From: Longimicrobiales bacterium
GTDB lineage: Bacteria > Gemmatimonadota > Gemmatimonadetes > Longimicrobiales > Gaopeijiaceae
Length of the DNA stretch: 64,000 nucleotides
Assembly: GCA_965249725.1 (NCBI GenBank)
Contig: CBDFMQ010000002.1
Span: forward strand, 1,088,001 to 1,152,000
Direction of reading: 5' to 3'
Position 1 is the first letter of the stretch. Each line of letters opens with the position of its first letter. Made by a program: the position numbers and the translations under genes. Shown one piece after another: positions 1-9,779 of this stretch. The notes under the pieces were generated by a model. It worked only from the letters and a program-made list of their open reading frames with translations. It was not told the DNA's origin and made no database searches.

Positions 1-160
1 GGATTCTCGTTTCAGGATTGAACGGATTGGGGTAGTTCTGACCTAATGTGAATCCGCTCTCCGGTCTTTCGGCGGGCCGTTGCCCTGACACCTGCGCCGA
101 TAGATCAGCCGCAGTGCCGAAAACCGCGAGAAACAGGAAGACGCAATATCCGCGTCTCAT
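1..160 (-). CDS. Partial secreted protein: signal peptide followed by a T9SS-CTD/FlgD-Ig-like motif (runs off the window edge)
   Basis: Manual translation from ATG 160: MRRGYCVFLFLAVFGTAADLSAQVSGQRPAERPESGFTLGQNYPNPFNPETRI. Not in the ORF track. Confidence 0.75.
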   Translation of the reverse strand, partial: MRRGYCVFLFLAVFGTAADLSAQVSGQRPAERPESGFTLGQNYPNPFNPETRI

Positions 161-238
161 GTGCACCACCCATGCCGTAGCCGTTGAACTAATAGCCCTC
201 CAGAGCGCCAGTGCCTGCAACCTCCACAATTGTCTTCA

Positions 239-267
239 ACTATACAGATCGGCGAAAACAGTCGCAA
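239..267 (-). promoter_or_regulatory. Sigma70-like promoter TTGCGA-17-TATAGT for the edge gene
   Basis: Hexamers at 262-267 and 239-244 on the minus strand with a 17-nt spacer. Confidence 0.5.
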
Positions 268-373
268 GCATATGTTTCCACCCGTTCGTATAGTGCTGAA
301 GCCGCTCTTTGGTTCCCCCCGGGGGTGTCCGCGTACTTCGATTTGAACGACTCCCCAAACCTGGGGAGTCCGG

Positions 374-2377
374 CTACCCCGCAGTAGACCCCGTCTCACC
401 CACCGGCTTACCCACCGTCTCACCCACCGTCTTACCCACCGTCTCACCCACCGGCTCACCCACCGTCTCACCCACCGACACGACGTCACGACCTGATCCG
501 TGCCGGATCGTCAGTCCTACTCGGTCGAAGTAGCTGAGAATGGGGATCAGGTGCTTTCTAGTCACGGGCAACACTTCCCGGAAATCGGCTGGTCCCAGCC
601 CTTTAGCACCGCTTAGTTCCTTTTTTACTTTAGCTATGATCTCCACTATGGCGGAGGCGTCCGTAAAGAACTCCTCATCGAGATTCACGAGACGCTCCTC
701 CCTCTCAAGCAGCTTCAGGACCGGCCATAGGTCAGGACTCTGCCTTTGTGCTTCCGGGAGCTCTCCCACGGAGGGCGGTGCCAGTCCAGCCTCCCGATAG
801 ATCTCCAATAGCTGCTCCCGTAGGGCGGCCTGTTGGGGAGTGAACGAGGGTTCGTAGCCCGGCCGAGACACCAAGCCATCCCGGACGGTGATCTGGTTCG
901 ACCCGGCTGCCTCGTCGAGGAGTAAGTCGGCCAAACGGGCCTCCGCTCGAGTAGGGAGCTTTTGTCGAAGAAGCTCTACGGCGATACCTGCTCTGAGCGG
1001 CTCATCTCTGTGAAAGTCGTCTACCGACTCCTCCAAGACGTTCCGCGCCGCCTCCACGACGGCCGCCCCATACAATTCTCCGGCGGCTTCGCGGGCTCCG
1101 GATTCCAGCACCAGGTCCCGTGCGGACTGTGTCTCGTTCGGTGCAAGCCCGGTGTGAATCGTGACTTCCCCCACGGGGACACCTCTCCAGGCGGCGAGAG
1201 AGAGGATCGAGTTCAAGGAATCAGCGGCATCACCGTGAATGATCGCATGAAGCGCATCCCCCTCCCCCGGGCGAAGCTTCTTCCTCTTGGGCGCCAAGGC
1301 TTCGGCGACGATCCCACCGCCGATGGTGGTGACCGGCGAGTACGACCGAATGACAAGGCGATCACGCGTCCGGGCCAGGAGCGGTCGCTCGAGCCTGAGT
1401 TGGACCCACCCGGACCCGCCGGGAGCGACCTCGCCGCCCTCCAGCGTGACCACCCTGGCCATGACCTCGCTGGTACCAAGGTGGACGCGCACCCGTTGGC
1501 CGTGTTTGACCGTCCAGCCGGTCTCCGGCAGCACCGTAAGGCCCACCGTGAGCATCGATGTCGGCGACCAGCTCTCCTCCAGAACGAGCACCTGCCCCCT
1601 CTCCACGGTCTCGAGGTCGATGTCCGCACCGGTGATCGCCACCGCCGTGCGTTCGCCCGCCTCGGCCCGCTCCACTTGAACACCGTGCACCTGCAAGCCC
1701 CGGATGCGCCCGCTGATTCCTGAAGGCTGGAGCACCACCTTGTCCCCCATAGACAGGCTTCCGCTCCACAGCGTTCCCGTCACGACGGTCCCGGTGCCCT
1801 TTACGGTGAAGGCCCGGTCGATGGGCAGCCGGGCAACGTCCTTGCTCGACCGCTCTCCCACACTTTGCGCCACTCCGCCTAGGGCTTCCACCAGCTCGTC
1901 CCTGCCCTGCAAGGTCACCGTCGAGGTCGGCACGACCGGGGCATTGGCAAAAGGACCTCCGGCCAAGGCTTCAGACACCTCCTCCTGGACCAGGGCGAGC
2001 CACTCGTCCTCGACCAGGTCCGACTTCGTGAGCGCTACCACCATCTGGTCGACACCGAGCAGCCGGACGATGTCCAGGTGTTCCCGTGTCTGCGGCATCA
2101 TGCCCTCATCGGCGGCCACCACCAGAAGGACCAGATCCATTCCGGTGGCACCTGCCAGCATGTTCCGGATGAAGCCCTCGTGTCCCGGGACATCGACGAT
2201 ACCGAGGTGAAGGCCCTCCTGAGGAACGAGTTCCGCGAACCCGAGATCGATCGTGATCCCGCGCGCCTTCTCCTCTTGCAGGCGATCCGTATCGACGCCG
2301 GTGAGGGCCTTCACGAGCGCGGTCTTACCGTGATCGATGTGGCCGGCGGTCCCCAGGATCAGCCGCTTCTCGTTCAT
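374..2377 (-). CDS. selB: Selenocysteine-specific elongation factor
   Basis: [29 protein letters not shown] GTPase motifs; C-terminal winged-helix region [13 protein letters not shown]. Confidence 0.95.
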   Translation of the reverse strand: MNEKRLILGTAGHIDHGKTALVKALTGVDTDRLQEEKARGITIDLGFAELVPQEGLHLGIVDVPGHEGFIRNMLAGATGMDLVLLVVAADEGMMPQTREHLDIVRLLGVDQMVVALTKSDLVEDEWLALVQEEVSEALAGGPFANAPVVPTSTVTLQGRDELVEALGGVAQSVGERSSKDVARLPIDRAFTVKGTGTVVTGTLWSGSLSMGDKVVLQPSGISGRIRGLQVHGVQVERAEAGERTAVAITGADIDLETVERGQVLVLEESWSPTSMLTVGLTVLPETGWTVKHGQRVRVHLGTSEVMARVVTLEGGEVAPGGSGWVQLRLERPLLARTRDRLVIRSYSPVTTIGGGIVAEALAPKRKKLRPGEGDALHAIIHGDAADSLNSILSLAAWRGVPVGEVTIHTGLAPNETQSARDLVLESGAREAAGELYGAAVVEAARNVLEESVDDFHRDEPLRAGIAVELLRQKLPTRAEARLADLLLDEAAGSNQITVRDGLVSRPGYEPSFTPQQAALREQLLEIYREAGLAPPSVGELPEAQRQSPDLWPVLKLLEREERLVNLDEEFFTDASAIVEIIAKVKKELSGAKGLGPADFREVLPVTRKHLIPILSYFDRVGLTIRHGSGRDVVSVGETVGEPVGETVGKTVGETVGKPVGETGSTAG
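389..477. repeat. 12-bp tandem repeat (CCCACCG[T/G]CT[C/T]A, about 7 units) encoding VG(E/K)(T/P) at the SelB C-terminus
   Basis: Full units at 399, 411, 423, 435, 447 and 459 plus partial flanking units. Confidence 0.95.
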
Positions 2378-3207
2378 GACTCGTCCCTGCGATCCGAGTC
2401 CGTGGACCGTACCGCTTCTTCATCGTTCTGCCCCACGTTGACACCCAGGGACGTATCCACGTCGAGCTGTGCCACCGAAGCCAGGAAACGGAAGGACTGT
2501 AGGGGCTTCGATCCCGAGACGTGATACACCGTGAAGTCATGCAGCAACTGGAGATGGGCCTTCGGCTTCGTAATCGGGAGGTCGGTCGGTCCCTCCAGGA
2601 GCGCCTGAAGCTGCTCCCGGGCGCCCGGACCGATCAATGGCCCGGCGATCTCCACGGCGCAGGTCGGACAACGTACTCCCCCCGCCCCGAAGTCGAAGCG
2701 ACCAAGGTCTGAGTCGGTCAGGGGATTTCCACAGTGAACACATGGATCGAGCTGTGGTTGATATCCGAGTGCCGCAACCAGCATCCATCCTTCGTTCAAG
2801 AGGGCCGTCACGACCTGATCGAGCACCACCTCTTCGAGCCGCTCCAAACCGGCCGTGAGGCGGTCGAACACCTCCGGGAGGGGCTCCGATTCTGCATGAG
2901 CCAGCACGAGCTCCGCCAAGACCGAGGCTGCGCCGAAGCGCAGAACGTCCCGACCGAGGCTCTTGCCTCTCTGCCGGGGAGCGAACTCCTTGAAGGTCTG
3001 GAGGTCGCGCGTCGGGCGCACGTAAACGGTCAGGTCACCTCGGGAGAACGTGTCCAGCCCGCTCCGCCCCTGCCCTCCTCCCTTCCGGATTCCTTTCGCC
3101 ATGACCCCCACGAGCCCGAGGTCGAGGGTATAGAGCTGAAGGATGCGGCTCGTCTCACTGTAGTTGAACGAGCGGAGCAGTACCGCGGGGGTGGTCACGA
3201 GGGACAC
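2374..3207 (-). CDS. recO: DNA repair protein RecO
   Basis: AVLLRSFNYSETSRIL...GVMAKG N-terminus; CVHC...CPTC zinc finger; GTG start 3207 inferred; stop overlaps the selB ATG. Confidence 0.9.
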   Translation of the reverse strand: MSLVTTPAVLLRSFNYSETSRILQLYTLDLGLVGVMAKGIRKGGGQGRSGLDTFSRGDLTVYVRPTRDLQTFKEFAPRQRGKSLGRDVLRFGAASVLAELVLAHAESEPLPEVFDRLTAGLERLEEVVLDQVVTALLNEGWMLVAALGYQPQLDPCVHCGNPLTDSDLGRFDFGAGGVRCPTCAVEIAGPLIGPGAREQLQALLEGPTDLPITKPKAHLQLLHDFTVYHVSGSKPLQSFRFLASVAQLDVDTSLGVNVGQNDEEAVRSTDSDRRDES

Positions 3208-3281
3208 GCTACCGGTCCATTGCGCTCGTGCCGTGCTCCGGGCCAGCCGACACACCTCGGCAACGGGACACTAGAAGACCG

Positions 3282-4394
3282 TCAGCCCTGGACCCGAAGC
3301 CGGGCAATAAGCGCCGCCCGCTCTTCGACCATGGTACGGCGCACCTGGGGGTCCGAGATCGCGTCCAACGACTCGTCGAGGCGCGCTACCTCGAGGATCA
3401 GTCGATCCCGTCCCTCGTTGGGTGGGCCGGCCGCCTGGGTAGCCGAGCCCTTGGGTCTCCAATAGGCCACCAGCCCCGCGGCGCCCAGCAACGTGGCGAT
3501 CAACGCCGCGAAAAGGCCCATGGACGGTCGCCCCTTCTCCGGCTGTTCCTCCAGCGAGATGACGACGTCGCGTAGTCCCGCGCCCGAATAACGGCGGTAC
3601 GTGCTCTCGGTATCCAGAGCCACGACATCGATGGGCTGCAGGCCCGCAACGTCGAGGGTGGGAGCCGGCTCCTTGACCAGGAGTTCCAACGACTCGGTGG
3701 CCCCGGGCGCCGGGAACTCGGCCGCGATCGCAGGAAGCGCATACCGAATGAGAAGCATGCGCTCTCCCGGCGGGAGCGGTGCTCTCACGGAGACCCGGCC
3801 ACCGCCGAAGGTCACCGCGTCCGGAGGGAGATCACCCTGGCCCAGCTCCGGGGATGTCGCGCCAGGAGGAAGGGGATAACTCCAGACCACGCCGTCGTCC
3901 GCCGCCACCAGCGTCCGTTCACCGCTGTTCTGGATCTGGAATAGATCCGTTGCCCGCCATCCGTCGCCCCAACGCTCGAGGAAGATGTTACGGACGTTGA
4001 CGGGAAGAGCGATTCCCTCGGGCGGTGCCTCCTCGGCACCGAAGACCTCGATGACATAGAGGCTGTCGAGTTGCACGGGATCCGTGACCGCCGACCCGAA
4101 ATAGAGGACACCCTCATGCCGGACCGACGCGAACAGTATTTCAGCCTGGGTGCTTACGCTGGGACTCCAAGGCACCACGAACTCGAATCCACCGTCCGGA
4201 GAGACGCTCACGGAATCGACTTCGCCCGCCTCCTCCATGGAGACGCGATGCAGCACCGCGGTACCCGACTCGACGGGGGAGTCACCCTGCATGACCCTAC
4301 CTCGGAGCCGCAACCCGTCCTCTTGGCCCATAGCCGACGATGCATCCAGGGCCAGCCCGAGACAGACGGTCAGTACGGCAAGGAGAGAGCGAAT
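3282..4394 (-). CDS. Hypothetical exported protein with a C-terminal membrane anchor; start probably ATT 4394 (first ATG is 4331)
   Basis: 349-aa ORF with TM segment LFAALIATLLGAAGLVAYW; in-frame upstream codons form a signal peptide. Confidence 0.7.
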   Translation of the reverse strand: MRSLLAVLTVCLGLALDASSAMGQEDGLRLRGRVMQGDSPVESGTAVLHRVSMEEAGEVDSVSVSPDGGFEFVVPWSPSVSTQAEILFASVRHEGVLYFGSAVTDPVQLDSLYVIEVFGAEEAPPEGIALPVNVRNIFLERWGDGWRATDLFQIQNSGERTLVAADDGVVWSYPLPPGATSPELGQGDLPPDAVTFGGGRVSVRAPLPPGERMLLIRYALPAIAAEFPAPGATESLELLVKEPAPTLDVAGLQPIDVVALDTESTYRRYSGAGLRDVVISLEEQPEKGRPSMGLFAALIATLLGAAGLVAYWRPKGSATQAAGPPNEGRDRLILEVARLDESLDAISDPQVRRTMVEERAALIARLRVQG

Positions 4395-4433
4395 GGTATG
4401 CGACTCCGGTGATGCGTCAGGAACTGCGGAGGG

Positions 4434-4970
4434 TCAGGGCGTGAAGCGTCCGAAATCCTCAGGAGCCAGCTTGCGCAGATACTCCTTGAGTTCCTCCGCC
4501 GCCAGCTTCGGGTCGGTCTCCTGCCAGGGCTCCCCTTCCACTTCCACGACGGGCGAGTCGTCGGAGGTCTCGATCGACATCACCTCCAAGAGCTCCTCGT
4601 GCGCGAAGATCTCCGCCTGCAAGCGGAGGGCAAGCGCGATCGAGTCGGACGGACGCGCGTCGATCGAGATGACCTCGCCGTTGCGGCGAATGATCATCTC
4701 CGCGAAGTACGTGTTCTCCTCGACCCTGCTGATGATCACCTTCTGGAGGGCGCCGCCCAGGCCACCTACAACGGACGCCAGGAGGTCGTGCGTCAACGGG
4801 CGGGGGAACTTCATCTCGGCGAGCTCCATGGCGATGGCACTGGCCTCACCGGGGCCGATCCAGATGGGGAGCACTCGCTCGCCGTCGTTTTCCTGTAGGA
4901 TCACAACCGGGTGGTTGTTCGCCTGATCCAACCGGAGACTCTGTACGCAGACCTGAACCAGCACCGGCAA
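4434..4970 (-). CDS. Bifunctional nuclease family protein (DUF151)
   Basis: LPIWIG..EA.AIA, RPLTHDL and IDARPSDSIALA motifs. Confidence 0.92.
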   Translation of the reverse strand: MPVLVQVCVQSLRLDQANNHPVVILQENDGERVLPIWIGPGEASAIAMELAEMKFPRPLTHDLLASVVGGLGGALQKVIISRVEENTYFAEMIIRRNGEVISIDARPSDSIALALRLQAEIFAHEELLEVMSIETSDDSPVVEVEGEPWQETDPKLAAEELKEYLRKLAPEDFGRFTP

Positions 4971-5030
4971 TCGCCTTGGTCGAGAATTCGGGAACCCCTC
5001 AACGCGAATGTAGGAATACTCCGAAGGTCC

Positions 5031-5072
5031 TCGGGGGTTCTCCGTCGGGGCTTCTCCGTCGGGGGTTCTCCG
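5031..5072. repeat. 3 x 14-bp tandem repeat TCGGGG[G/C]TTCTCCG directly after the metK stop
   Basis: Units at 5031, 5045 and 5059. Confidence 0.9.
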
Positions 5073-6251
5073 TCAGAGACCGACGGCGTCACGCAGGTCG
5101 TCGACGCGGTCTGATCGCTCCCAGGTGAAGAGATCGACCGAGCGACCGTCCTGGAGCGTCTTGCTCTCCGGAGTACGACCAAAGTGCCCGTATGCGGCCG
5201 TCGGCAAGAAGATGGGGTTCCGGAGTCCCAGCTGTTCGATGATGGCTCGTGGCCTGAAGTCGAAGACCTTCTCGAGGGCGGCGGCCACCTGGTCGTCCGG
5301 GCACTTCCCGGTCCCGAACGTATCGACGCGGATAGACACCGGCTCGGCCACGCCGATGGCGTACGCCAACTGGATCTCACACCTCGAGGCGATCCCTGCG
5401 TCGACCAGATTCCGGGCGGCCCACCGGGCCGCATAGGCCGCGGACCGGTCGACCTTGGTCGAGTCCTTCCCGCTGAAGGCACCACCTCCGTGGGCTCCCA
5501 TACCGCCGTACGTGTCGACGATGATCTTTCGTCCCGTCAGGCCCGCATCCCCGTGCGGCCCTCCGATGACGAACCGGCCGGTCGGATTGATGTGGAACGT
5601 GCACGCATCCGGATCCAGGAGATCGGACGGCATCGTCGGCAGGATCACCTCGCGGACAATCGCCTCACGGATCGTCTCGTTGTCCACGTCCTCGGCGTGC
5701 TGCGTGCTGACCACGATGGTGTCGATCGCGACCGGACGTCCCCCCTCGTAGGCCACACTCACCTGGGACTTCCCGTCCGGTCGCACCCACGGCATCGTGC
5801 CGTCATGGCGGACCTGCGCCAAACGCTGGGTCAGGGCATGGGCATAGTGGATCGGCGCCGGCATCAACTCGGCCGTCTCGTCCGTGGCATACCCGAACAT
5901 CATCCCCTGATCGCCGGCCCCACCCGAGTCGACGCCCATGGCAATATGCGCAGACTGTTTGTCGATGGTGGTGAGCACCGCGCAGTGCTGCCCATCGATA
6001 CCGTAACTGGCGTCGTCGTACCCGATATCCAGGATCGTCTTCCGAATCACTTCAGGGAGGTTGGCCTTGGAGTCGGTAGTGATCTCTCCGGCGACGATCG
6101 CCATACCCGTAGTGACGAGCGTCTCACAGGCCACCCGCGACGCAGGATCGTCGCTGAGCATGGCGTCGAGAACGGCGTCCGATATCTGGTCCGCGAGTTT
6201 GTCCGGATGGCCTTCGGTCACGGACTCGGACGTGAATAGATGACGACTCAA
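5073..6251 (-). CDS. metK: S-adenosylmethionine synthetase
   Basis: [28 protein letters not shown] motifs; TTG start with a GAGGGA RBS. Confidence 0.97.
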   Translation of the reverse strand: MSRHLFTSESVTEGHPDKLADQISDAVLDAMLSDDPASRVACETLVTTGMAIVAGEITTDSKANLPEVIRKTILDIGYDDASYGIDGQHCAVLTTIDKQSAHIAMGVDSGGAGDQGMMFGYATDETAELMPAPIHYAHALTQRLAQVRHDGTMPWVRPDGKSQVSVAYEGGRPVAIDTIVVSTQHAEDVDNETIREAIVREVILPTMPSDLLDPDACTFHINPTGRFVIGGPHGDAGLTGRKIIVDTYGGMGAHGGGAFSGKDSTKVDRSAAYAARWAARNLVDAGIASRCEIQLAYAIGVAEPVSIRVDTFGTGKCPDDQVAAALEKVFDFRPRAIIEQLGLRNPIFLPTAAYGHFGRTPESKTLQDGRSVDLFTWERSDRVDDLRDAVGL

Positions 6252-6317
6252 TGGTCCCTCTGAGTTTGGATTCCAACTGAGTAAGGGCCCCAACTCGGGC
6301 CCGCCGAAGCTATTCCG

Positions 6318-8096
6318 TCACTCCGGAAGCGACAAGTTCCAACGGCCCGAGAAAGCGGCGAGATCGACCGATCCGCCGATTCCGTCGACGAGCGCCTGCA
6401 CTACCTCCCGGCCCGTGGTGGCCTCCACGGCCTGCTTCGCGGCCTTCCGCGCATCCTCGATGCGGACGCTGCGGAGCATCTTCTTGACCTCGGGCAGTGA
6501 GGGCCAGGCGACCGACAGCGCGGTGATGTCCAGCCCCAAGAGGAGGAACGCCCCAAGGGGGTTCGCGGCCATTTCACCGCACACGCTGACCTCGATGCCG
6601 GCGCCTTTCCCCACGCGGGATACCTGATCCAGCTGCCTGACGACGGCCGGGTGGAAAGGATTGAAGAGCTTGGCCAGCCGCGCACTGGTGCGGTCGACGG
6701 CGAGCGTGTACTGGGTGAGGTCGTTGGTCCCGATCGAGAAAAAGTCGCTGTGCCGCGCCAACTCGACGGCCTCGAGGGCCGCGGCCGGCGTCTCGACCAG
6801 GATTCCCAACTTGTAGCCCGAGTTGAACGGAATGCCCTGGGAGCGCAGCAGATTTTCCTCCTCTTCGACCATACGACGCACCTGGATGATCTCCTCTACA
6901 TCGTTGATGAGAGGCACCATGATCCGGATGTCGCCGTGGGCCGAAGCACGCAGGATGGCTTTGAGCTGCGTTCGGAAGAGTTCGGGCTCGTCTAGACACA
7001 CACGAATGGCCCGCCACCCGAGGAACGGGTTCTCCTCGGCGGGCATATGCAGGAACATCGGGAACTTGTCCCCGCCCAGATCGAAGGTCCGGACCGTCAC
7101 GACCTGCTTGGGAAAGGTCTCCGCGACCTTGCGATAGGCTTGGTACTGGTCTTCTTCATCCGGCATCTGGTTGCGCCCCACGACCAAGAACTCGGTGCGT
7201 AACAGGCCGACGCCCATGGCACCATGGCTCAGTGCCTTCTCCGCCTCCGCAGGCAGATCGAGATTGGCGCGCAACGCGATCGGACGGCCGTCTTCGGTCA
7301 CCGATTCGAGCTGGGCGATCACTTCGATCTCTGTCTCCCAGGCCTGAATCTGTGTTTCACGAACCTTGAAGACCTCTCGATCGTGTGCGTCGGGATCCAG
7401 AACGACGCGTCCGATCCGCCCGTCTACTATGGCCCGCTGCCCGGATATCGCCTGCCGAGAGATACTGCCCAGCCGGCATACCGTCGGGATCCCCAACGAT
7501 CGCGCGAGCATTACCCAGTGGGCGGTCCGAGTACCCTGATCGGCGGCGATGCCGAGCACGAGCGCAGGGTCCATCTGGACGGTAAGACTCGGAGAGAGAT
7601 TGGGGGTGACGATGATGGCACCCTCGGGCAGACTCGAGAGGTCCGTGGGATCCGAGAGCCCCAGCAACTGATGCAACAGCCGCACCTGCAGGTCCTGGAG
7701 GTCGTTGATGCGGTCCAGCACCATGGGATGTGCCGTGCGGCTCCAAAGCGCCTGAAGTTCGAGCATGCGCCAGTCCAGCGCGCGTGCAGCCGAGAGCCTG
7801 TTTTCACGGATGTAGAGGGTGGCCCCGTCGACGAGCGTGGCGTCCTCGAGCATGAGCAGCTGAGGCTCGAAGATCCTCGCCTCAACACTCCCCAGTCGGA
7901 ACTCGGTCGACTCTTCCAACTCGCGGAGTCTGCCCTTGGCCCACTCGAACACCTCGTGGAGTCTCTCGACCTCCGCCTCGACGGCCTCGGGTTCCACCAT
8001 TCGGTGCGGCACGTCGGGAACACCCCATGTAAGGAGGTGGACCGGACCGGCTCCGATTCCCTCCGAGGCGCCTACGCCGTCAAAGACCTTCGACAC
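6318..8096 (-). CDS. ptsI: PEP-protein phosphotransferase (PTS enzyme I)
   Basis: GTRTAH phospho-His region, GVGLLRTEFL, ENPFLGWRAIR, SIGTNDLTQY, VCGEMA. Confidence 0.95.
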   Translation of the reverse strand: MSKVFDGVGASEGIGAGPVHLLTWGVPDVPHRMVEPEAVEAEVERLHEVFEWAKGRLRELEESTEFRLGSVEARIFEPQLLMLEDATLVDGATLYIRENRLSAARALDWRMLELQALWSRTAHPMVLDRINDLQDLQVRLLHQLLGLSDPTDLSSLPEGAIIVTPNLSPSLTVQMDPALVLGIAADQGTRTAHWVMLARSLGIPTVCRLGSISRQAISGQRAIVDGRIGRVVLDPDAHDREVFKVRETQIQAWETEIEVIAQLESVTEDGRPIALRANLDLPAEAEKALSHGAMGVGLLRTEFLVVGRNQMPDEEDQYQAYRKVAETFPKQVVTVRTFDLGGDKFPMFLHMPAEENPFLGWRAIRVCLDEPELFRTQLKAILRASAHGDIRIMVPLINDVEEIIQVRRMVEEEENLLRSQGIPFNSGYKLGILVETPAAALEAVELARHSDFFSIGTNDLTQYTLAVDRTSARLAKLFNPFHPAVVRQLDQVSRVGKGAGIEVSVCGEMAANPLGAFLLLGLDITALSVAWPSLPEVKKMLRSVRIEDARKAAKQAVEATTGREVVQALVDGIGGSVDLAAFSGRWNLSLPE

Positions 8097-8376
8097 CGTG
8101 CATCTCCTCGAAGCCTCGGGCGACAAGATCGACCAGGACGCGCAGTGCTTCTTCTGCGTCGTCACCTTGGGCTCGAATCACGAGCTGTGATCCCCTCTCG
8201 GCGGCCAACATGAGAACTCCCATGATGCTCTTGGCGTTCACCTCGAGGCCGTCCTTCTCCAACCAGATGTCGCAACCGAACGAGCCGGCCAACCGCACGA
8301 ATTCGGCGGCTGGACGGGCGTGGAACCCCAAGAGGTTCACGACCTCGACCATGCGTTCCATGCGTTCGTCGGTCAT
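8080..8376 (-). CDS. ptsH: Phosphocarrier HPr
   Basis: GFHARPA (His15) and NAKSIMGV (Ser46); ATG 8376. Confidence 0.95.
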   Translation of the reverse strand: MTDERMERMVEVVNLLGFHARPAAEFVRLAGSFGCDIWLEKDGLEVNAKSIMGVLMLAAERGSQLVIRAQGDDAEEALRVLVDLVARGFEEMHGVEGL

Positions 8377-9122
8377 GTGGCTCCCATAGCTGTGACGATC
8401 GCGATCACCAGTACCAGTCCGAAGGTGGCGATCCTGAGCACTCGGCGACCGAACCGCAGCCCGACCATGAACCCGACCATAGCCCCGAGCGGCCAGAGCC
8501 ATGCCGTTTCCGCCACCGCAAGTCGGCCCACAACGAGAACACCGACCAGGACGCCCAGAAATAATGTAGCGGCTGTGAAAATCCGCTCTGCCACGCGAGA
8601 CAGGCCCGCTACCTGCAGGCGGCCGGCCACCTCTCGACCACCCTCGATCCCTATCTTGAATGCCCACCATCGGATCACCAGGTGTCCCGCATTGTAGAGC
8701 CCCAGGAAGAGCACCACGGGAACCCAGGGCGGCGCCCCCATCCAGGCAACCGCGAGAGCAACGACCAGCGTGCCCGGCCGCAACGCGCCCCATATCAACG
8801 TATCACCCAATCCGCCGAGGGACCCCTGGATGGCCTCTTTGAACCGGTGGATGGTCTCTGAATCCACCCCCTCGTGCTCCATTCGTGCCACTGCGCCCAG
8901 AGCGATGCCGGACAAATAGGGGTGTGCGTTGAACGACTCCATGTGTCGGCGGGTGGCATCAGACAGCTCCTCTCCCGTGCGTCCACTCCGGCGGAGGAAC
9001 GGGACGAGGGCAAACGCGAAGCCGGATCCGATCATGGACCGGTAATTCCACGATCCCTGGATGGCGAACGACCTCAGGAGGCTCCCGAGCCAGCCGGCCG
9101 GCCACTTCACCGGCGCGCTCAA
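8373..9122 (-). CDS. PTS mannose/fructose/sorbose family IID
   Basis: QGSWNYRSMIGSGF, RHMESFNAHP, GSLGGLGDTLIW; TTG start overlaps the IIC stop. Confidence 0.9.
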   Translation of the reverse strand: MSAPVKWPAGWLGSLLRSFAIQGSWNYRSMIGSGFAFALVPFLRRSGRTGEELSDATRRHMESFNAHPYLSGIALGAVARMEHEGVDSETIHRFKEAIQGSLGGLGDTLIWGALRPGTLVVALAVAWMGAPPWVPVVLFLGLYNAGHLVIRWWAFKIGIEGGREVAGRLQVAGLSRVAERIFTAATLFLGVLVGVLVVGRLAVAETAWLWPLGAMVGFMVGLRFGRRVLRIATFGLVLVIAIVTAMGAT

Positions 9123-9775
9123 ACTAGAAAAGCCCCGATCATCCCCGCCACGGCTCCGACCATGAACACCGTCCGACGAGAGCGCCAACCACCGAACCCT
9201 CTCAGGAGAGCTCCGAGATGGAAGGACGCGCCAATCAAGAGAATTCCGGCGGTCGGGCCGTACCCGAGGGCCCACCACGAGCCGGCTGCTCCTGCGAGCC
9301 AACTCCCACTCCATATGGCGATCGCGGCAACCGCGCACCCGCGGAGGAAGTCCAGTCCCATCAGGCCCAGGTGCGCGGCATCCAGGCCGGCCGGCGTCAC
9401 CGGACCCGCCTCCACTCGACCGATCCATGCGGCGTTCAGGTGTCTCTGGACACCCACCGTCATCCCGCCCAGATCCGATGCGACCAGACCGACGACGGCC
9501 CCGAACACCAAGCCGGGGGCGCCCCCTGTCGATACGGCCACCGCCACGCCGGCTACAGTGCCGGGGCCAGGCTCCGGTAGCCGGGACCCCCCGGAGGGCA
9601 CTCCCGCCAGGTGGAAGAGCTCGAGAAACGCCCCCACCTCCAGGCCGGCCACCGGATCGCCGAGCACCCAACCGGTGAGAACACCCGCCACGAGCGGACG
9701 CGATATCATGAATTGACCCAGCGACGTAGCATCGAGGGCGAGCATGCCACCGAGGGCCGCAAGAAGGGGCGTCAA
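9119..9775 (-). CDS. PTS mannose family IIC
   Basis: LDATSLGQFMISRPLVAG...GAFLELF; hydrophobic. Confidence 0.88.
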   Translation of the reverse strand: MTPLLAALGGMLALDATSLGQFMISRPLVAGVLTGWVLGDPVAGLEVGAFLELFHLAGVPSGGSRLPEPGPGTVAGVAVAVSTGGAPGLVFGAVVGLVASDLGGMTVGVQRHLNAAWIGRVEAGPVTPAGLDAAHLGLMGLDFLRGCAVAAIAIWSGSWLAGAAGSWWALGYGPTAGILLIGASFHLGALLRGFGGWRSRRTVFMVGAVAGMIGAFLV

Positions 9776-9779
9776 GTTA

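Noticed and set aside
389..477. CRISPR array interpretation of this and the other repeats
   Set aside because: Units are contiguous with no unique spacers, and no cas genes are present.
4395..4436. Selenocysteine read-through of the DUF151 UGA, given nearby selB and a weak CTCCG/CGGAG stem
   Set aside because: The UGA falls at a natural-looking protein end with no redox motif, and the stem is too weak to call a SECIS; ATT initiation explains the sequence more simply.
6252..6317. SAM riboswitch upstream of metK
   Set aside because: Only 66 nt with one small GGGCCC hairpin; no recognisable SAM-class consensus.
8377..9671. Long N-terminal extensions of the HPr and IID ORFs
   Set aside because: They overlap neighbouring genes in other frames; the real starts are at the stop/start overlaps (8376 and 9122).
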